Assembly (NCBI GenBank): GCA_977020255.1
Contig: CDROCS010000772.1
Location: forward strand, 806,001-870,000
Direction of reading: 5' to 3'
DNA length: 64,000 nt
Origin: Obrimoposthia wandeli
Taxonomy: Eukaryota
Shown here one piece after another: positions 60,701 through 64,000 of this stretch. The position numbers and the translations under genes were made by a program. The notes below the pieces were generated by a model. It ran no database searches. It was not told the DNA's origin and saw only the letters and a program-made list of their open reading frames with translations. Within the stretch, counting starts at the first letter, position 1. Each line of letters opens with the position of its first letter.

Positions 60701-63700
60701 ACGTTTAATCGAACATTGAGATCGTTTGAAAAAGTATTTCACAAAGGGAAATAAGTCCTGGAGTTACTGTTTACCTCAAATAATACATGCATACAATCAT
60801 AGTGAACACTCATCATTAGACCGAAAGAACCCGTTGATGTTACAGATAGAATACTATGGCAATTTAACTTAACGCCGTAACCAAGTCAGGGTGCGCGAAG
60901 CAGAAAGTATAAAGTTAGTGGAACCGCGTATTTCTCAAATTAGTACTACTCCTTTTATAAAAAATTTCAAAGAAGGGTAGGTGATGAAGTATTTCGTATA
61001 ACTAAAATTGATAATAAACGTATGCCGTGTGTATTTCATTGAGGATGAAACCAATAAGGTAATCACGGAGTAAATTTGAGAATTACAAGTCTTGCCTGAA
61101 ACCGAATGTATATAGAATCAAGAAATTTTAGAGACAAAGGTAGAGGAAAGCATAAACAATATCGTGTTAAGTGGCATGGATACTGAACCTAGTTGGATAT
61201 TAGCTTCTCAAATGGAATAGACTCAATGTATGTTGTATTACCAGAAGTAATGGTTAAAACCATTAACTCAACCGAATAATACTGCTAGTTTTATTGATTA
61301 TCAAGCTCATCAATTTACCTGGTGGTTGGGAAGCTGCTCTTACGGAATTTCTTTCAATTACTCTCCTCCTATCTATTCAAAGTAAACTGAGATTGATATA
61401 TTACCCAACGTGAAGTTGATAAAGTAACTGATGTGACTTTACTATTTGATAAGGGTCCAAATGGATTTGGCTCGTATTAAGGCAGGCGATGATTTCACAA
61501 TCTTTTAAATAAAGAGAAATCGAATTCAGAATTATGGGGAAAAGGGATAATTTTGAAATAATTTTTTAATGATGAAATTGTTTGCAGAACAATATGGATT
61601 TCCGCCTAACGTTGAAAAGGTAAGCATACGGTTTCAAAAATTATGGATAATCATGTCAAGTATCCGATAATTACATTCAAGATAAAAAATAGATTCGTTA
61701 AACTGAGAAGGAAAAATATATTCAGTTCCCAATGATTTTCTTTTGCCGATATAGCAAAAGTATGTAAACTTATTTTAAAACAGTGTTACCAAATGTATTT
61801 GAAAACTTTAAACTAGTTGTCAAATTGATTCATTTCAAATTGAAATCCAATATTGATAAAATCATCATGGATAAATCATTAGCCTCAATTATGGTTTGAT
61901 GAAAATGAATTTGAAAATAAAAATGAGGTTTTCAAAGCAAAATTATTCTAAAATGACTAATGCATATAATCAGATTTATATCTACACGAGTATTACCGAA
62001 CCAATATTCGTAGGAGGAAGGAAACTTCCCCTAATTAAAGCAATTTGGGTTCAACAGAGGCTTACAAGTATGGTGATGTTATACATATTCCAATTGAAAA
62101 TCAATGTATATTCCCGTGAGTTCTTCTTCTATAAACAATGAAGTTAATATACGTAATGATTCTGGAAGATTAATTACATTGCTTACAGGCTAAAACAAGT
62201 TTAACGGTTCATTTTTCGTAAATTATGATTGATTCAGTATAATCGTGCATATAGTAAACCGATGCAAGGAGGAGTGATTTGCCTTATTTTGCCGGAAAAC
62301 AGTATGGATCAGGATGGATGAAGGTTTTTGGTCGCTTGCTTTCCCACTACTCAAGCGACTCCGGAAATTTATTGCTAATGTTCAGATCAAAATACTTGTC
62401 AAGTGATGAGAAATTTCTTCCCACACTAAAGGAAGCAGCCTTGGATCAGGTGAATGAAATTTCACCAAGTCTAACTGAATTTTGAAAACTCAAAAGGATT
62501 TATAAACGTAAGAAAACATCTAAAGTATCGAGGTATAAAACAAACGTTTGAAGCAGGTGGAACAATTTTTAAGTAATGAGTTGTGCTAAAACTGAATTAT
62601 TAATATTCGATAAACTTCTACTAGGTTGTGGTTGATAATTAACAGTTTTGAAGAAATATTTCCGACAAATACGGTTAACGGGACATCTTCTCGGATTTAG
62701 AATTCAATATTAATGGATCAATAAATATCTTGATTTGAATGATAGTTTATTTCGTTAAATTGAAAGTTACAAAGGAAGGTGGAGGTGATTTGGATGATGG
62801 TATGGATCAAATCAGCTAATTACATGTTGCATACTCTTTTCAAGGATGTGATTCTCAGTCTCAATAATGTGATTGAGGAAATAATACTAGCTACACTCAT
62901 AAAGCAATGATTGAAACATTGTTGAATTACGGTAATGATACGGGAGTGATTAATCTTGATGCAATTGGGTTTGACAGTAGAAAAAAAAGAAGAATTGCTT
63001 CGATTGCAAAGTCTAAAGTATTGTCACTTTGTGGGGAGTCTCCATTTGGATTTCTTTTAAGCAACCAAAGTATCTTTTTACCCGGTGAAGTGCACATATT
63101 CGGATGAAGAAATCAGTAGGTTTTAGTGTTGTTGCGCTGATACTATTAAAACTTTCCAATTGAGATTACGGAAGCAAAACTGCTAGTTCGAAGAGTAAAG
63201 TGGAACCATCTGTACTTGTTGCACATCGAATGGGGTTGGAGAAGCAAAATGCATGTTATCTATTAGAAAAACTAATCTTGTTTCTCACGCTATCCCTACA
63301 GAACACTATCTTATTACAGGATCAGATTTTTTGGTGATATGCGCTTCCAAACTTTGTTTTAATTGCTTTCCAAAACATACTACCTATGGAGGTGAGTCTA
63401 AAAATGAGGTTTCTCAATTTGGACACATGATGTGAATTCAATTAAACTTGCACGAAATATTGATTATCAAGAATCTTAGCAAGAATGACTTTTGAAAACG
63501 ATGATTATGTGTTTTCTTATGTGCAATCTTTAATTAGAAATCTTGGTCATTTGGATAAGGATCTTTAAGATTCAATGACTGATTTCAAGGACAAGTATAC
63601 ACTGTTCACATTTGTTCTCTCTCCTGATTTCGATATTAATCAAGCTCAAATACCTAAACAGGGAGATTTGAAAGTGAAATCAAGTTTAAAAGCATGGCAT

Positions 63701-64000
63701 CCCACTAATATTATAATCTATGGAGTATTCGATTCTGAGGTTCAAATTACCAAGGGAGGAACAGTACTAGTATAAACAGAATGAAAACAATAAAGAAGAT
63801 ATATATATAAATGAAGTAAGTCAGTTTAATTTATTAATTAATATATATTCTAGTTCGGACGAGATAACAAAAGCGGAAAACTATAGTTCGCGTTTCAATG
63901 GAGTCTACAGCCTTGATCACATCCCTCTTTGACTCGACTAGGTGGATATGAAATCAGCTTTGACTATCTAATTTGCGTGGTGAACATTGGATTGCAATAC
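54795..64000 (+). other. Error-rich mirror copy of 44,519-54,790 (probable foldback read artefact)
   Basis: Colinear reverse complement of the Polinton genes, all frameshifted; 9.2 kb versus 10.3 kb for the template. Confidence 0.85.

Noticed and set aside
55400-63775. Short ORFs resembling novel genes or a second decayed Polinton
   Set aside because: All map colinearly to the first arm; frameshifts are best explained as read errors.

Overview
AT-rich eukaryotic (invertebrate-like) DNA made almost entirely of mobile elements; a planarian/flatworm host is a guess from composition and micro-introns. There are three blocks. (1) 1-30.2 kb: two inverted copies (about 160-7,964 and 22,823-30,188) of the 3' part of a large LTR retroelement. 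This part carries membrane-protein ORFs and three tandem RING-H2 genes, followed by a composite, nested LTR. The 15 kb spacer holds Gypsy and Tc1 remnants and candidate host exons. (2) 30.2-42.1 kb: Gypsy, hAT/Buster, solo-LTR, tRNA-like and BEL/Pao remnants plus one orphan membrane ORF. (3) 42.1-54.8 kb: a Polinton/Maverick (adintovirus-like) element with integrase, packaging ATPase, protease, and major and minor capsid genes but no DNA polymerase. The position next to the protease, where a polymerase could sit, is filled by an inverted copy of the element's own right arm. Its accessory module encodes an IAP, a spliced TBP-like protein and a STYX-like pseudophosphatase. Three genes have 34-39 nt GT-AG introns. 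The left end carries about 24 AP-1 motifs and four CSL-type motifs. The last 9.2 kb (54.8-64 kb) is a mirror image of the Polinton whose error rate falls with distance from the fold point, most likely a long-read foldback artefact. All identities are estimated by eye; no searches were run.
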